Assembly: GCA_951406725.2 (NCBI GenBank)
Contig: OX597830.1
Span: 42,966,001 to 43,030,000, forward strand
Source: Octopus vulgaris
Taxonomy: Eukaryota
Reading direction: 5' to 3'
Length of the DNA: 64,000 bases
The notes beneath the pieces are model-generated. The model was not told the origin of the DNA, did no database searches, and was given only the letters and a program-made list of their open reading frames with translations. Below are positions 50,661 through 64,000 of this stretch, piece by piece (the stretch's first letter is position 1; each line of letters starts with the position of its first letter). Position numbers and translations under genes: made by a program.

Positions 50661-53225
50661 CGAGTGTGTGTGTGTGTGTTGACAAAATGTGTATGTGTGT
50701 ATACACACACACATGTTTTACTTGTGTGTGCATGTATATATATATATATATATATAAAACACAGGTCTTACTTTCAAGGCAATGATTCAGCATGGCCACA
50801 ATCAGGTGAATGAAACAAATAAAAGAATATATGTATATAGACATATATTCCAGGAAATACCTATTTTTTGGTGACAATTCTGCGTGAATGATAGATATAC
50901 GGTATATCTTTGATGCGATATGGATTGTTTGGAAAGAGTTGAGATACATGCTCTATATATTCTAAAAGATATGCTAAAAAAAAAATTAAGCTTTAGATTA
51001 GATCTTTGCAGTTTTGCACATTATCAGCCAAACTGGTAATAATTAACATTCAGACAAATGATTATCAATGCTGCAGAAAACTGAATGAAAAACATGTATG
51101 TACATCAATGATAATTTTAACCACCCTACTATTAATACTTAGAAGTATTAATTGATTACATGAGTGAAAGAATATCTAACATTTTATTAAATAAGGCAAC
51201 TTTTCATAATGATGCATTAAATAAAAGCAGATATAAATATAGAGTCAATTTTCAACCTAAACAAGTGCCATAGCTGCACAGATATAGAAAGTGGAGCACA
51301 ATATGGCTTAATCCCTCATCTGGCCTAAATGAAATATCACATCAGGATAATCTCCTTTATTTTTTCTGTATATGAAGAGCATAACAAGGTGTATTTACAT
51401 CTGTTTATCTTTGGTTTCTGATACACTGTGAATTGTGCATTAATATTCATTAATCATTTAATCACCAACAAATACATTACATGTAAATGTTTTCATTCAT
51501 TACAGCTGAATATTTGTTGTGTTTGATTTAAATAGGAATTGTTGCAAGTTATATTTGTGGACAGAAAGATGAGGGCTGTAACTTGTTCATTGATTACTCA
51601 TCAATGAACCATGAAATATACCTAGATAATTGCTTTTATTTTTGTCTGTGAATATACCAACAATGTGTATTTGCATCTGTTTAAAGTTTCATAGTGAAGG
51701 TTTCAATAAAGTGATGTTCAATCCCTTTAAAATTCATCTCGGTTTTCAAATACATGCAGTGTTGTGCATTATGTTTATATAATATCATCATTTAACCTTT
51801 ATCTTCTTTATTAACATAGGTAGGACAGTTCAGTAAGATCTAATGATTTGGAGGACTGTATTCAGCTCTGATGTCTGCTTTGCCATGGTTTCTATTTAAT
51901 GTGAAAGACAGAAAAATAATCAGAGAGTATAATATGAAAGTTGAATGGTATTGGTTTCATAAATAATGGAGGAAAGACTTTGAAGAATGTAGTTATAAAC
52001 CCCTTACACTGGGAGATAAACATCCAGTGAACTGAGACATTGACCTGGGTTTAATTCTCAGTTTCAAGTCCTAGTTTCAGTTTCTGTTTGAAGGAAAATA
52101 AGAAGTTATCATGACTTAGTATTTCTCTTTCCATAAAATTGTTCTCATGTGCTTTGTATAAAACAACCAATATGATAAATACTATGAAACACCATCGTTA
52201 TCATTTGAACATCTATTTTTCTGTGCTGACACATTGTTGCATAGATCAGAACTTAACTGTCTTATGTAGACTATTCTGCATACTGTGCATCCATCTGCAA
52301 TGAATGAGGAAGTACTTATCCTCTAATGAGTGGTCAATGACCCATCAATCACATCAGAATAATCTCCTTATATTATATATCACAATCCCTCTTGATCCTG
52401 CATAGTTTTGTTAAACCCTGTATCCTCAACACACAGTTCACCATTTCTTCTACTGTCTCATAACTAGTCTTACCCTTCTCTGTATACCTCCATTATCTCA
52501 GCCAAATCTGTCAATGTATAAAATGCATCAAAGACAGAGTAACATACAATGACTTTGTTGGCTCTGAATGTGACATGTTCCTTTAAATTATATTCTATTA
52601 GTAGAAACATGTATGGAAACATTCTATTAGTAGAAACATTAAGAAACCTTATGGAATTATTTGTTCCAGCTCTAAAAATTAGCAGTTTGGGAGAGAGGAG
52701 ATTTATAAAATGGTTTCAAAAGGGTTACCAAGGCTGGAGGTGTTTTTTATTTTGAAGAATCCACTAACAAAAATATTCTCCGATTTATAGAGGCTACAAA
52801 AATACTCTATTTTCCCTTCTTTCTAGCCATTTTTTAAAGATATATTAGGGGTATTATAGAACTTTGTAAGTCTGACATGGCTTATAAACTCTACTGAATG
52901 TTTAAATTGGTTAAATAAATTTTGTTATCCTCAAGTAGCACTGTTGTTATCCAGAAGATTTAATTCATTCAAGTCCCATGTCAAAACCAGTCTACCATGC
53001 TAAAAACTAAATAAGGAAAAAGAAAATCATTGTATCTGTTAAAATGGATCAGATTTTCTCCGCCAGATAATCTTGGCTAATCTCATGTCTTGTGCTATTT
53101 GTATTCAGTTATGTCTTCTCTGTATAATTTGTTATAAAATTTGAGATTCTGTGTTTATAGCATTAATCTTAGTAATTGGAACTTAATCATTCATCTAACA
53201 TTCAAAATCTTTTCTTTATTTTCAG

Positions 53226-53266
53226 GAAGATATAAAGAAATGGATGCAGGAAAACATAAAATTGAG
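53226..53266 (+). CDS. Gene 2 A-type short exon (EDIKKWMQENIKL)
   Basis: Strong pyrimidine tract with ttcag acceptor, ag|gtaatt donor, 41 nt, phase 0->2. Confidence 0.65.
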
Positions 53267-54332
53267 GTAATTCAAGAAATATGTCCTTAAATGGGATAAT
53301 ATTGTGCTGATAATCACCATCATTTAATGTCCACTTTCCATGCTGGCATGGGTTAGACAGTTTGATTGGAACTGGTAAGCTGGGGAACTGCACCAGGTTC
53401 CAGTCTGATTTGGCATGGTTTCTATGGCTGGATACCCTTCCTAACATCAAGTACATATAATATGGGTACATATATATAATACAGGGTTTTAGATATGGTA
53501 TATAGTGAGTTGAAAAACTTTGATAATCTGAGACTATCCCAGTAATTAGTTGACAAAAACTCCCGGGAATGTTAATAAGCTACAAATAATGAGCAATGGA
53601 GATAACTATTAAGATCAGTTGATTTCCATGTAACACATTTCTCATTATATGTAGGAACTATACTAAATTGCTACACTTCCAAATCTTACTCCATTAGATC
53701 ATTGGTATTATTCATGAATCAACAGGGATCAAAAAAGCAAAATTTGGTAGGCATTTAAAATAGCAATCCATCATTTCTGGAGACAGCTATAGTATCAGTA
53801 ATTTTAACAATCAAACATATTTCTGTTGGTGAAAGAAGTATTTTGTGATATTGATTGTTTCTCTCTTATATAAGGAACAGATTTATGCAAATTAAGCAAA
53901 CTGGTTTGTGCAAATTAAGCAACTGGTTTGTGTTTTCAATGGGAAATCCATAGTATCTGCTAATGTTTATTCTAATTATATTCATGCACATATGGACAGA
54001 GAGAAAGAGAGAGAGAGAGAAAGAGAGAGAAAAGAAGAATATATTTACTAACTGAAATTCACAATGAGTTCCAGAGCCAGAAGGTGTTTACAGTTAATTT
54101 CCTAACTTCCTTTACTTTTTGACCACCTTGTACTCTTGACCACTATCCAAGACATAACAATACAACCACTGGGTATTCCTTTCACTCCCAGTATCATTCC
54201 ATAAAATGTAATTCATTTTCCAATTCTATGATTCCATTCTAAACAACAGCACAACTTACTCCTTTTCCTCAGACTCATGACAAAAAAATTCACTTTACTA
54301 ATCTTGAATTTCTTAATTGACTAATTTTGCAG

Positions 54333-54429
54333 ACCACATCAAGCAACCTCAAAGAAACGTGTAAAGCGGTATGGAGTTAAGAAAAGAATTGTGCAACCAA
54401 AAATTCTAAATGCTGGGAAAAGCAGAGAA
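54333..54429 (+). CDS. Gene 2 B-type exon (PHQATSKKRVKRYGVKKRIVQPKILNAGKSRE)
   Basis: ttttgcag acceptor, gaa|gtaaat donor, 97 nt, phase 2->0. Confidence 0.65.
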
Positions 54430-54818
54430 GTAAATCATGTAAAATTTTAAAATATTCTTGATTAGTTCTGTTTGCATACATTGTGATGAATGGGTTGTTG
54501 AGAATTTCATCAACAGATTTCTATAAAAGGAATGCTGTATATTCTGCTTGTGAATATTCTTATATATTTTCTTACATTGGTGTCGCAGGCTACTATTTTA
54601 TTTTATATTGGTAGAGCTAGGTACTGTTCATTAGTACTGGGAGAGTCATCAATTAGATTTACAATTGGCAAAACTGTCTATTATATCTCTTATTGGTAGA
54701 CCAATCAACTATTAGGTATGAAATATAGTCCTGTCATATGACAGGATTTTCAAATTCTTCATCTTTCCAACATTTTATTATATCTTTTTCTTTTCATTTT
54801 TTCTGTTCATCATTTTAG

Positions 54819-54871
54819 GAAGGAGAAGAAGAAACAAAATGTGGGAATGGTTTCTCTCCATTTGATAAGAG
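54819..54871 (+). CDS. Gene 2 A-type short exon (EGEEETKCGNGFSPFDK)
   Basis: ttttag acceptor, ag|gtaagtatatagtcat donor, 53 nt, phase 0->2. Confidence 0.75.
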
Positions 54872-55605
54872 GTAAGTATATAGTCATTTCACATAAGCTA
54901 TTTATCATAAAATGTAGGTTCTTTTATGTATGAGAGTGGTGTGATGGAGGAGTTGTATGTCACTCCTTGTATTTTTCTCTTATGTGAATGTGATATGTAT
55001 ATACATACTGGGGAGTGTGATAATTGGTTGCAATTGATCTTCCATGGTTGCTAGTGAGCTTCATGTTCCACAGTATTAAGTACATGAAAGGCTATCTTCA
55101 GATATCCAGACACAAACAATACATCCAGAGAACAAATAGAACTGTACCATGAAATCACTGTTTTTCCCATTCAGCTTGCTCAGACATAAAAATATGCAAA
55201 GAGAATTTAGCCACAACATCAGTTGCCTCACTAGGCCTGAACTCTGGTACACAGAGACCTGATAAATATGGCATTATTCTCTTGTTCTGATAATATATTT
55301 AGAATTTTCAACCTTTGCTTAAAATACTAGCTGTTTCTATCTGAATTCGTTAGCTTCTTTAATTTTGTTCACCTTTCAACCCTGATTCTTGACACATTCC
55401 TGACACTGGTTTCTCTTAAAAACTCTTTCACATTCTACTCTTCATTTCCCTTTTTGTTTACTTGATTCCATTCCAAACAATAACACTCCCTTTCTTTCTT
55501 TCCCCACTTTCAGATATAATATAAAAACTGAAGTGTTTCACTGTACACTCATTAGAACAAATTAATTTTATCTATCTTGCATTTTCTCATTGACTGATTT
55601 TTCAG

Positions 55606-55693
55606 ACCACCAATGGTCCTCAAAAAACGTCGGGAAGGAAGTGAACAAGGGTTGAATGACATTATAAATGTTATAAGAAAACATACAACGAAA
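55606..55693 (+). CDS. Gene 2 B-type exon (PPMVLKKRREGSEQGLNDIINVIRKHTTK)
   Basis: tttttcag acceptor, aaa|gtaatt donor, 88 nt, phase 2->0. Confidence 0.65.
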
Positions 55694-56431
55694 GTAATTC
55701 TTTTAAAACTTAATATTTCAATGATTATCTTTGCGTAAATTGTGACCATTGAATATTTCAAAGTTTCATGAATGGATTTGTATAGCAGCAGCACTGTATA
55801 TTCTACTACTGAATATTATGTATTTTCTCACATTGACAGAACAGGCTAAAATGTTCCATGCAGGTAGGCAATTTGGAAATTTCCATACTGGTAGAGCTGT
55901 TGGCATCTTAAGGAGTTTGACATTAATTTTCAATACTGAAAAATCAACAACTATATTTCACACACATTCACACATACAGAAAAAACATCAACAAAGAAGA
56001 TGCATTAGCAATGATTTATTTAGCCTACACATAGTTTGAATAGCCTGGCACTGTGCAGTTACTGCGCATTGCACTATGTGTATTCAATTCATTCTTCAAT
56101 TGGTTGACTACATTTCCTAGAAACAGAGCATTTAATACTATTCTTTTCAAAGCTAGAATGCCTCTGCTACATTTAGAATACATTGGAATAATAGACTTGT
56201 ATGTCAGCAACATTGCATATTCTTCTTATGAATATTTTAAAATTTATTTTCTCACTTTAGTTGAGCAGACAACTATATTTCGTACTGGAAGAGCAATCTA
56301 TGAGACTTTTTCATATCAGTAGACCCAGCTACTATATGTTATATTGGTAGACCCAGATACTATGTTATATGGGTAGACCCAGGTAATATATATTGTAATG
56401 GTAGACCAAACTACAATATTACACACGCATG

Positions 56432-56466
<35 letters not shown>

Positions 56467-57088
56467 GCACGTATCAAGAATAATTAGTGATCAGAATCTG
56501 AAAGTTTCACAAAGGTTTGCTTCATCAACTAAGGTCGACTTTGCTTTTTCTTCCTTTTGGGGTTGATAAATTAAATACCAGTCAAGTACTGGGGTTGATG
56601 TAATCGACTATTCCCCTTCCCACAAATTCCAGGCCTTGTGCCTATAGTAGAAAAGATTATTCTACATCTAATGTGTTATACCCTGAATCCTCAGACAAAA
56701 GTTCATCACTTTTTGGCATATCTCTCTTATTTGGTCTTAGTCTGCTGGATAACCTTAGTTGCCATCATGCAAAACTGTTTTTCATTCAGTAGATGTCTTC
56801 CATTCTTACTGTGTGTTTTAATCAACACACCATTGTGAAAACTGTAAGAAAAAAAAACTAATTCATATATTTCTGTGTTATTTCAGATTGGAATATTTCC
56901 ATTAGATAATAGTAGCTACATTCTCTTATTGTACCTTCAAATATATACTATTGACATACAAACATGTCTTCATTACTGAATAATCCAATTAAAAAATCAT
57001 GGAATCTATGTCACAGTTTTTGAGTGACCCAGTTCTAAATCATTACTTCTTACATTCAGTATGTTTTTTTTTCACTCTAATCTAATAG

Positions 57089-57129
57089 GTAGTAGAAAAA
57101 GCTGAGAACAGTGGCTCTGAAGATGAATG
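57089..57129 (+). CDS. Gene 2 A-type short exon (VVEKAENSGSEDE)
   Basis: aatag acceptor, tg|gtaagtatatagtcat donor, 41 nt, phase 0->2. Confidence 0.7.
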
Positions 57130-58627
57130 GTAAGTATATAGTCATAATAAAAAGACCTTTTATCTATCACATTTATATTCTTCTATGTAGATGTATATGT
57201 TGCTGCAAAAATGTACTAACTCTTTGTATATTCTCTTTGTGTACCTGCAATATGTTATGGAGTGTGATATTTGGTTGTATTTTATGTTTTCTAATGTTAC
57301 TGGCAAGAAGTAAGATGGAAGATTTGGGAGACGTTAACCAACACACAAAAATTTATATTGATGTAATAGCTAACAGATCATCACAAACATTTTCATAAAC
57401 TGAACTTTTGACATCTCCTCCTACTATATAAATAGATATATGTATAGAATATAATATAGTTTATCACATCACAAACATTACAAATAATCCCATCAATAAA
57501 TTTATATCATGCTACATTAATTTTGTTGTTATTATGTAGCTCTGTTTCTAAAAGATGGATGTGAGTATGAATTTCTTATGAAACTGTCTGTAAATATATT
57601 GTGGAGGTGTGGGAATGTCATGGAAGTTTGTTTGAAAGGTGTAAGTAAAATGACAGATCCTCTTTGTAACACCATTCAAAAATTTGCCGATTGTGAATTT
57701 GTTGTTCTTCTACATGACATCAGCTTTCAGGTTTAGAAGAGAGTTTATTAACCTAATAAAAATACCATTAATGGTATACAAACAATGCATTAGATGCATC
57801 AGCGATTATGACTGTCCTATTTGAGCCCTCAATCACCCACAACAAACCACAGTAAACTACAAAGAACATAAAACAGTACATTACACATCCTAACAGGTTC
57901 TATACAGACCATTATTCACAGACCACCTGCACAATGAAACAAAAATACTAGAAAATGCATGACTATCTGGACATGCAAGGAACATATTTTGTTGCTGCAG
58001 CAAGTTTCAAAGACCCCTTCCTCCATCAAACCTGCAGCAAAGTACCTTTCAGGTGACCAGGCACATACAGACATTACAGACCACTACTATAATAACATTT
58101 TAAAAGCCCACTCTCCTCCACTTAGTCTGGATAAATATTAAATGACGTACCTACACAGAAATAATTACACCACCAGCAACTTCACTGGAACCAAACTGTG
58201 TGTTATGATTCATACTGCCAACAAGTGCAGAGGAGCACCAACTGTGATACTCTGACTGAATTCCCTTTAACTATATTTGCTGTGGTATCACCAGAATTTA
58301 GAGGTATACTCAAATAGTGGTAAGGATGCCAAATGTTCAGATTGTCAAATAACACACCATGTAATTTATCACTGTTTTTACTGAGTGAGCCATGTAGTAT
58401 TCAATAAGATGGCTGCATGATTTAGCACAATATTTTTCTCCCTTTCTGTCACACTTGGATTGTTCAACAAGCTTCTCTCTGTCTTTGCCATCTTAAATTT
58501 TTATCTTCCTTTCCCCCCATTTACCTCTATTTACTCAATTCTTTTCCAAGCAATAATATCATATTTCTTCCTTTCCTCAGTCTTGAACATTGATAAAGAC
58601 TAAAATATTCAACTCTACATTTATCAG

Positions 58628-58723
58628 GACAAGTTCACCAACATCACCAACATCACCACAGCCATCGTCGCCACTGCCACAGCCGCAATTACCTCAGCCA
58701 TCTCCACTGTCACCATCACCCAA
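58628..58723 (+). CDS. Possible Pro/Ser-rich exon of gene 2 (TSSPTSPTSPQPSSPLPQPQLPQPSPLSPSP)
   Basis: ttatcag acceptor, aa|gtaatg donor, 96 nt, phase 2->2. It would keep the frame between 57129 and 59349, but could be a decayed CAC/CAT microsatellite. Confidence 0.3.
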
Positions 58724-59330
58724 GTAATGTACCCTTCGTTGCACCAATATTAATTGTTATAGATTTTTTTATTTTGCATCTGATAGGAAGAGGATAGTCT
58801 TTGGCAAAAGTGTTGATGCTTAATATGCCTCTTTCTTGCATCTGAAAGGGAAAATGCTATTGTTTGATGTTAGCAAAGGAGTTTCTGACACATGGCCAGA
58901 TGTTTCCACCTACCCACCCTTCTACTATGCACAACACTATCACATTGAAAGTTTCACCATGGCTTCAGATTTCCCATCCATCCATCCATCCATCCATCTC
59001 ATACAGGTTGTTTCATTTGAGTTATTGCCCTCTAAGTTGGGTCGTATTCATCAGCAGAGTTTATGGTGTCCTCATTTCCATATGCAAATAATTTAATTTC
59101 ATAGCTTACTATTCTTGTAGATGGGTGGCTATGGTCAGAAAGAAGGACAAGAAGAAGGAGAAGGGAGAGTGATGAAGAATCTCAGTGTGAGCAACATGTA
59201 GGTATGAGATACCAAATAGATCATAGAATAGGAGAGAGAGAGAGGGAGAGTAGAGAAAGAGGAAGGGGAGAGAAAGAGAGGCATATTAACTTTAATTATC
59301 TTGAACTTTCTAATTGATTAATTTTTACAA

Positions 59331-59409
59331 TGATGCACTCCATTTCAGATTTTCAAGAGGTAGACTTGTTATGTTAGCTTCAACTGCTGGAAAACAACAA
59401 AGGAGAGAG
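59331..59409 (+). CDS. Gene 2 B-type exon or pseudo-exon (DALHFRFSRGRLVMLASTAGKQQRRE) with AA at the homologous acceptor
   Basis: Upstream intron is homologous to other B exons but reads tttttacAA. In-frame AG at 59348. Donor gag|gtagca. Phase 2->0 frame is open. Confidence 0.35.
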
Positions 59410-61521
59410 GTAGCATTTTAAAGATTTTATTTCATTTTATTTTATTCATTTTTTTTAATTGCATGAATTGCGACCAGTGAGTAATTTGAAATTTCATCAG
59501 TGGCTTCGCATGACAGCAGCTCTGTTTATTTCACAACCAACAGTGCTTCAAGCACTCCTCACAAACATAGTTCATGAGCTGGTTGTGATCTGTAAACAGT
59601 TTTGAGTAGGATCTGGGAAAAGAAGAATGAACATGCAATGTGCATGTGCTCACTGAATTCATAAAAAGTGAAGAATAAAAATGCAATGTGCATGTCAAAA
59701 TAAAATGGAAAAGAAGAATAAAAACAATGTCAAAAAAATTATACGATGGCCTGGGTGCCAGGTTTGACACCACTATCATGCAGCTTTACTGCTATTTTCA
59801 TGCTTTTGTTCATTTGTTTAGCATCTTTGCTGGCATGCTTAGGTATGAGGAGATGCATGTGAAACAAGATCTTATGGCGAGATTCCCTCCTGTCACCAAT
59901 CCTTACCTATTTTTCAAGTAAGAGTTTTTTTTTTGTTTTATCTGTTGGAATAAGAAAGTAAGGAAATAGATGATTAGCTGACAAGATATTTCAGATGACA
60001 TCAGTTGCAGCCTAGCCCCAAACAACAATGTCATCACTTGTCACTGTTCTGCAAATGGTGATGTCACTGTTTCTAAATGTAGCCCAGTATAGATCGTAAC
60101 TATTCATTAACACACGACACACATAGACTACACACACACACACACATGAGTGAGTGGACAAATGAAAGGAAAAGGCCATCAGCTGTTTAAGGGCATCCAA
60201 CTGTAGAAATCAAATAAGACTGGGACGTGGTGCAGCTCTCCAGCTTACTGGTTCCAGTTAAATCGCCTAAACCCAAGCCTCCATGAAAAGCAGATACTAA
60301 ATGATGATGATGATGATTATGACGAAAGACGATGATAATATAAATGTTTTAAGAGAAAAATTGGATATAAGCGGCATCAGATATAGTGTACAAGAGAAGA
60401 CTGCACTGGTAAGGTCATGTGATGCATGTGGATGAGGACAGTTGCCTAAAGAAAGGCCAATCTCTAATTGTGGAGGGGCAGACTGCAGAAGACGTGGGAT
60501 GAAGTGATGAGAAATGACCTTCAGTTGTTGAGCCTCATTGTGGAGGAGCTGTGACATTTGGCGATTTGCTGTGCTTGGGAAGACATGTGAAACTTAGTAA
60601 AATCATAGCCATGCATAAAATAATTTGCCTACAGCCATGTTGCCCCACTACACACAATCTGTCCCCTGTCAAAACTGCCTCACAACCATACACATTACAA
60701 GGTGTACTAGCAATACAGAAATAGCCATGTCTTTGATTTGTTTAAAGGGACCTCATAACTGCACATGTCTACTAGAGCAAAATGCATGAGTGATAGAGGA
60801 ATAGGTGACAGTGGTAATTGATAAAAAGCATGTATAATAGTGGGGATGTGTGATAGAGGTACTGAAAATTCAGGGACATATTCATATAGGCAAGGCAATG
60901 TAGCCAAAAAGATAGGACAATGATTGATGATAATGTAAACCCAGGTGATAGTGATGATAGAGACCCAGGATGTGTGGGAGAAAAGTGGCCAGTGTATGAT
61001 GGCCTTCAGAGACAGTGATATATTGAGGGATAAGACACAATACAGGAGAAGAGAATGAAGGAAGAGTTTTACTGGCTAGACTTGGTCCAAAAAGCAAGAG
61101 AGTGATGACAGACTGACTGAAATGAGGTGATGACAGGCAGTACAAGAGTTGGGAGAGTCAAGATAGAGTATAGTGTACTGGGCACAGTTAGTCCAATTTA
61201 ATCTTTTATACAGAGATTATGAAATGAGTAAGAAGGTGAAGACTTGAGTGGAGTAAGTGATGAGGGTGATGATAAAGGAAATCTACTACAAACTACAGTA
61301 AAAACTGTTTATTATCACAACATGTAAGTAAATACACATAGCATGTACCAAAATTGAAACAAAAAATTTTTTAAATATGTATTCCTTTGACAATATTTTA
61401 TGCCAAAATGCTATGGAAAGAAAAACCAGAAGGAAATCATTGTTGAGATTTCAACAAAGATTGCTTTTCGAGAGCTGGGTGAAAAACTGTTCTTGTTAAC
61501 TTTGTTTCTGTTATTTTCCAG

Positions 61522-61571
61522 TCAGAAGTAGAAACAAGTTCTGAAGAGAGTTTTGGTTCAGATGATGAAAT
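61522..61571 (+). CDS. Gene 2 A-type short exon (SEVETSSEESFGSDDE)
   Basis: ttttccag acceptor, at|gtaagtatatagtcat donor, 50 nt, phase 0->2. Confidence 0.75.
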
Positions 61572-64000
61572 GTAAGTATATAGTCATTGGAAATAAGGCC
61601 TTTCTGAACTCAATTAGGATGCTAATAATCTATGAAATCAAATTCTTTATGATATCTGATCTGTAAGGGAATTAAAATATTAATTTCTTCAAAAAGAATT
61701 GGGACAATTTTTACAATGAAAGAGATATGGCCAACCATTATTATTGTGTTCTTTTACATCAAAAGGGGTATGTCTATTCAATTGTGTTACTGTTATTTTA
61801 TAAAAATAGATTCTAGTGATTTAAAAGAACAAATTCAATAAAGGACATGTGAAAGTCAAAAATTGAATTAAGAAATATAATCTATAGGCTTTTAATACAA
61901 CAGGTAATAATTTCTTTAAACATACCACTTTCAAGTCAAACAGGAAATTAACATAGACTAGCATTTATGATATTATAGGTGAAATAAATTAAATTTTGTG
62001 ATTATCTGCCTGTGGTCTCCCTCATAAAAAACAAAACATTATGAGAATTAAGTCACACCAGAGAGCATTCACTAAAAAAATGAAGGGCATGATTGATCTT
62101 GATTATTAGGACTGCCTTAAAACATTGAAACTTTATTCTCTCCCATGCTGCTGTGAGCTCTGCATCATTTTATACAATGTAGAGAATATAGCACCAGCAT
62201 TGCTGAAAGAACCTTAGCATTAGATTCAAAATTCATCCAAAGCTGGGGTCTATATGCCATATGTCCCCTACACAATTCAGGCTCACAACACATTAATTCA
62301 CAGCAATACAATTTCTTTTCTTTAACAGGCCCTGCTCTGTTTAGCATTTTCCCAAAACAAATCAAAGAAGGAAAAAATTCAATCACCTTCAAATGTAACC
62401 TGGACAAATTTCTTCAAGTGATGCCAGATAAGCCATCGATACCTGGATACATCTCATTCAACATCTTTCTGCTTGAAAGGGGTCATAACACCATTAAACT
62501 TGATTCAAAAAGTTCTTAATACTTAACAGATGATTCTATCAGGTGGTGCTATTAAGTTAGACAGGAGAGGAAATGATGAGTTCAACAAGTACAAACATCT
62601 AAGTTTCTCTTTTTCTTCTTCGGGTATTAGCGTGTATGAGTTTGTATATATTTTGCATATCATTCTATTTTTTTATTGCTTTGTGCCCAAAGACTTTTTA
62701 GGACAGAAAGTATGAGCAGGAAGTGAGTCCCAGAGGAGGAATGATACCTCAAGAGAATAGACATAGTGTTAGTGTGGGTTCAAATCTAATGGACACAAGA
62801 GATGTGTATACCAGTAATACCCAGGTAAGATGGCAAGAGGCCAACCAGCTCTCAGGAGCAGAGGCTATTGTAGTACTGGTAGAAAAGGCAGAGGACACAT
62901 CACATTCATGGGTCAGAATTTGGTGTGTATTGGTGACTTCGTGCTAATCAATTGAGAAACTTTTTTTCTTTCTGGATGTGGTCATATGATATTTGTATAC
63001 GTAGCAGCAGCACCATTCCAGACATGGAATCATTATTTCTTTGTGTACCCTATTTTTTTTATTTACTTCTGATGGCAAAATATTTCTTGTTTTTCATTTT
63101 CAATTTCTAAAATTAATCATTATTTTATCCAACTAAATTAAAAGATATCTATCTTTTTCTGTTTATGAGTTTATGTCTCTATATCTGTGAATATTTGTAT
63201 TTTGCAGTGTGGCTTCCTTTATCTCTTGATTTTGCTATTTTCCCTTTTCTACCAGAGTTTTACTTCAGCTGTTTATTTGGTTTAGGTATGCCTTTGATAG
63301 ATGCATTAGTGATGAGGAAGAGGTATCAAGTCCATCTGAGAGTACTGATGCATTTGGTGAGGTAAAGTTTGTAGGATATGGCCGGAAAATTGCAAAGGTA
63401 ATTGTTTTTAATGTTCTTTTAATTTTTAGTGATAATATCTGTTTGTAGAAATTGTATCCAATAATTAGTTCATGATGTTGTCACTGGATTTGTGTAGCAA
63501 CAACATTTTACATGCTTTTGTGAATATTTTTACATACCTTTTCCTTTTTATGTACAAATGGCAATTATTTTACACATTGATGTGTATGGATGGATAGCAG
63601 TACATTTGCACTTACTTATTTTGAAGAGAGAGAGTAGAAGTGCAAACATTAAAGGTTATTAAATGTGGAGAATGTATGGGAGGAAGAAGATCCTCTCAAC
63701 ATAGACCCAACAGAGGGACTAGTCATTTTAGTTTACAACAGTATGATAAAGCACTTAAGGAGAAACCAAGAAGCTTATAACTGCCACCATCAAAGCTGGC
63801 ACAATGAAAGGCAAATCTGGCATTGAAATGCTAAAGCAGAGGCATGTACATATGTACAGTATACAAGAGGTACGATGGAGGGAAGCTTCAGCTACACTGA
63901 TTGTGAGTAAGGAACATATATACAAATTTTGGATGGGCAGTGGCGATAGAGTAGGTGGTGTAGGTATTTTTCTGGCAGAGATTGAAGTAGTCAGGGTGTG

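Noticed and set aside
50170-50949. 259-aa ORF as a host gene
   Set aside because: CR1 ORF2 tail fused to microsatellite translation.

Overview
AT-rich, microsatellite- and TE-dense animal genomic DNA with one 100-N gap (25277-25376). The SINE/RTE repertoire and TTAGGG repeats suggest a mollusc, probably an octopus; this is inference, not a database result. (1) The 3' half of a + strand TRPM-family channel gene: 9 coding exons at 1254-23003 that splice into one open frame covering pre-S1, S1-S6, TRP box, coiled coil and stop. It has a very short cysteine-free outer-pore loop and no NUDT9-H or kinase domain. (2) The 5' part of a second + strand gene, invisible in the ORF track (ATG at 40693). 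It is built from tandemly duplicated pairs of short exons (41-53 nt, phase 0->2, mostly acidic; 79-103 nt, phase 2->0, often basic) and continues past the window end. (3) An apparently intact CsRn1-clade Ty3/gypsy LTR retrotransposon (40898-46793, - strand) in the first coding intron of that gene. (4) Many decayed elements: HERO-like, Tx1/L1, RTE, CR1, Penelope-like with hammerhead cores, Tc1, mariner, maT, hAT, MITE and SINEs. All exon models were read by eye from GT-AG signals and frame continuity, with no transcript evidence.
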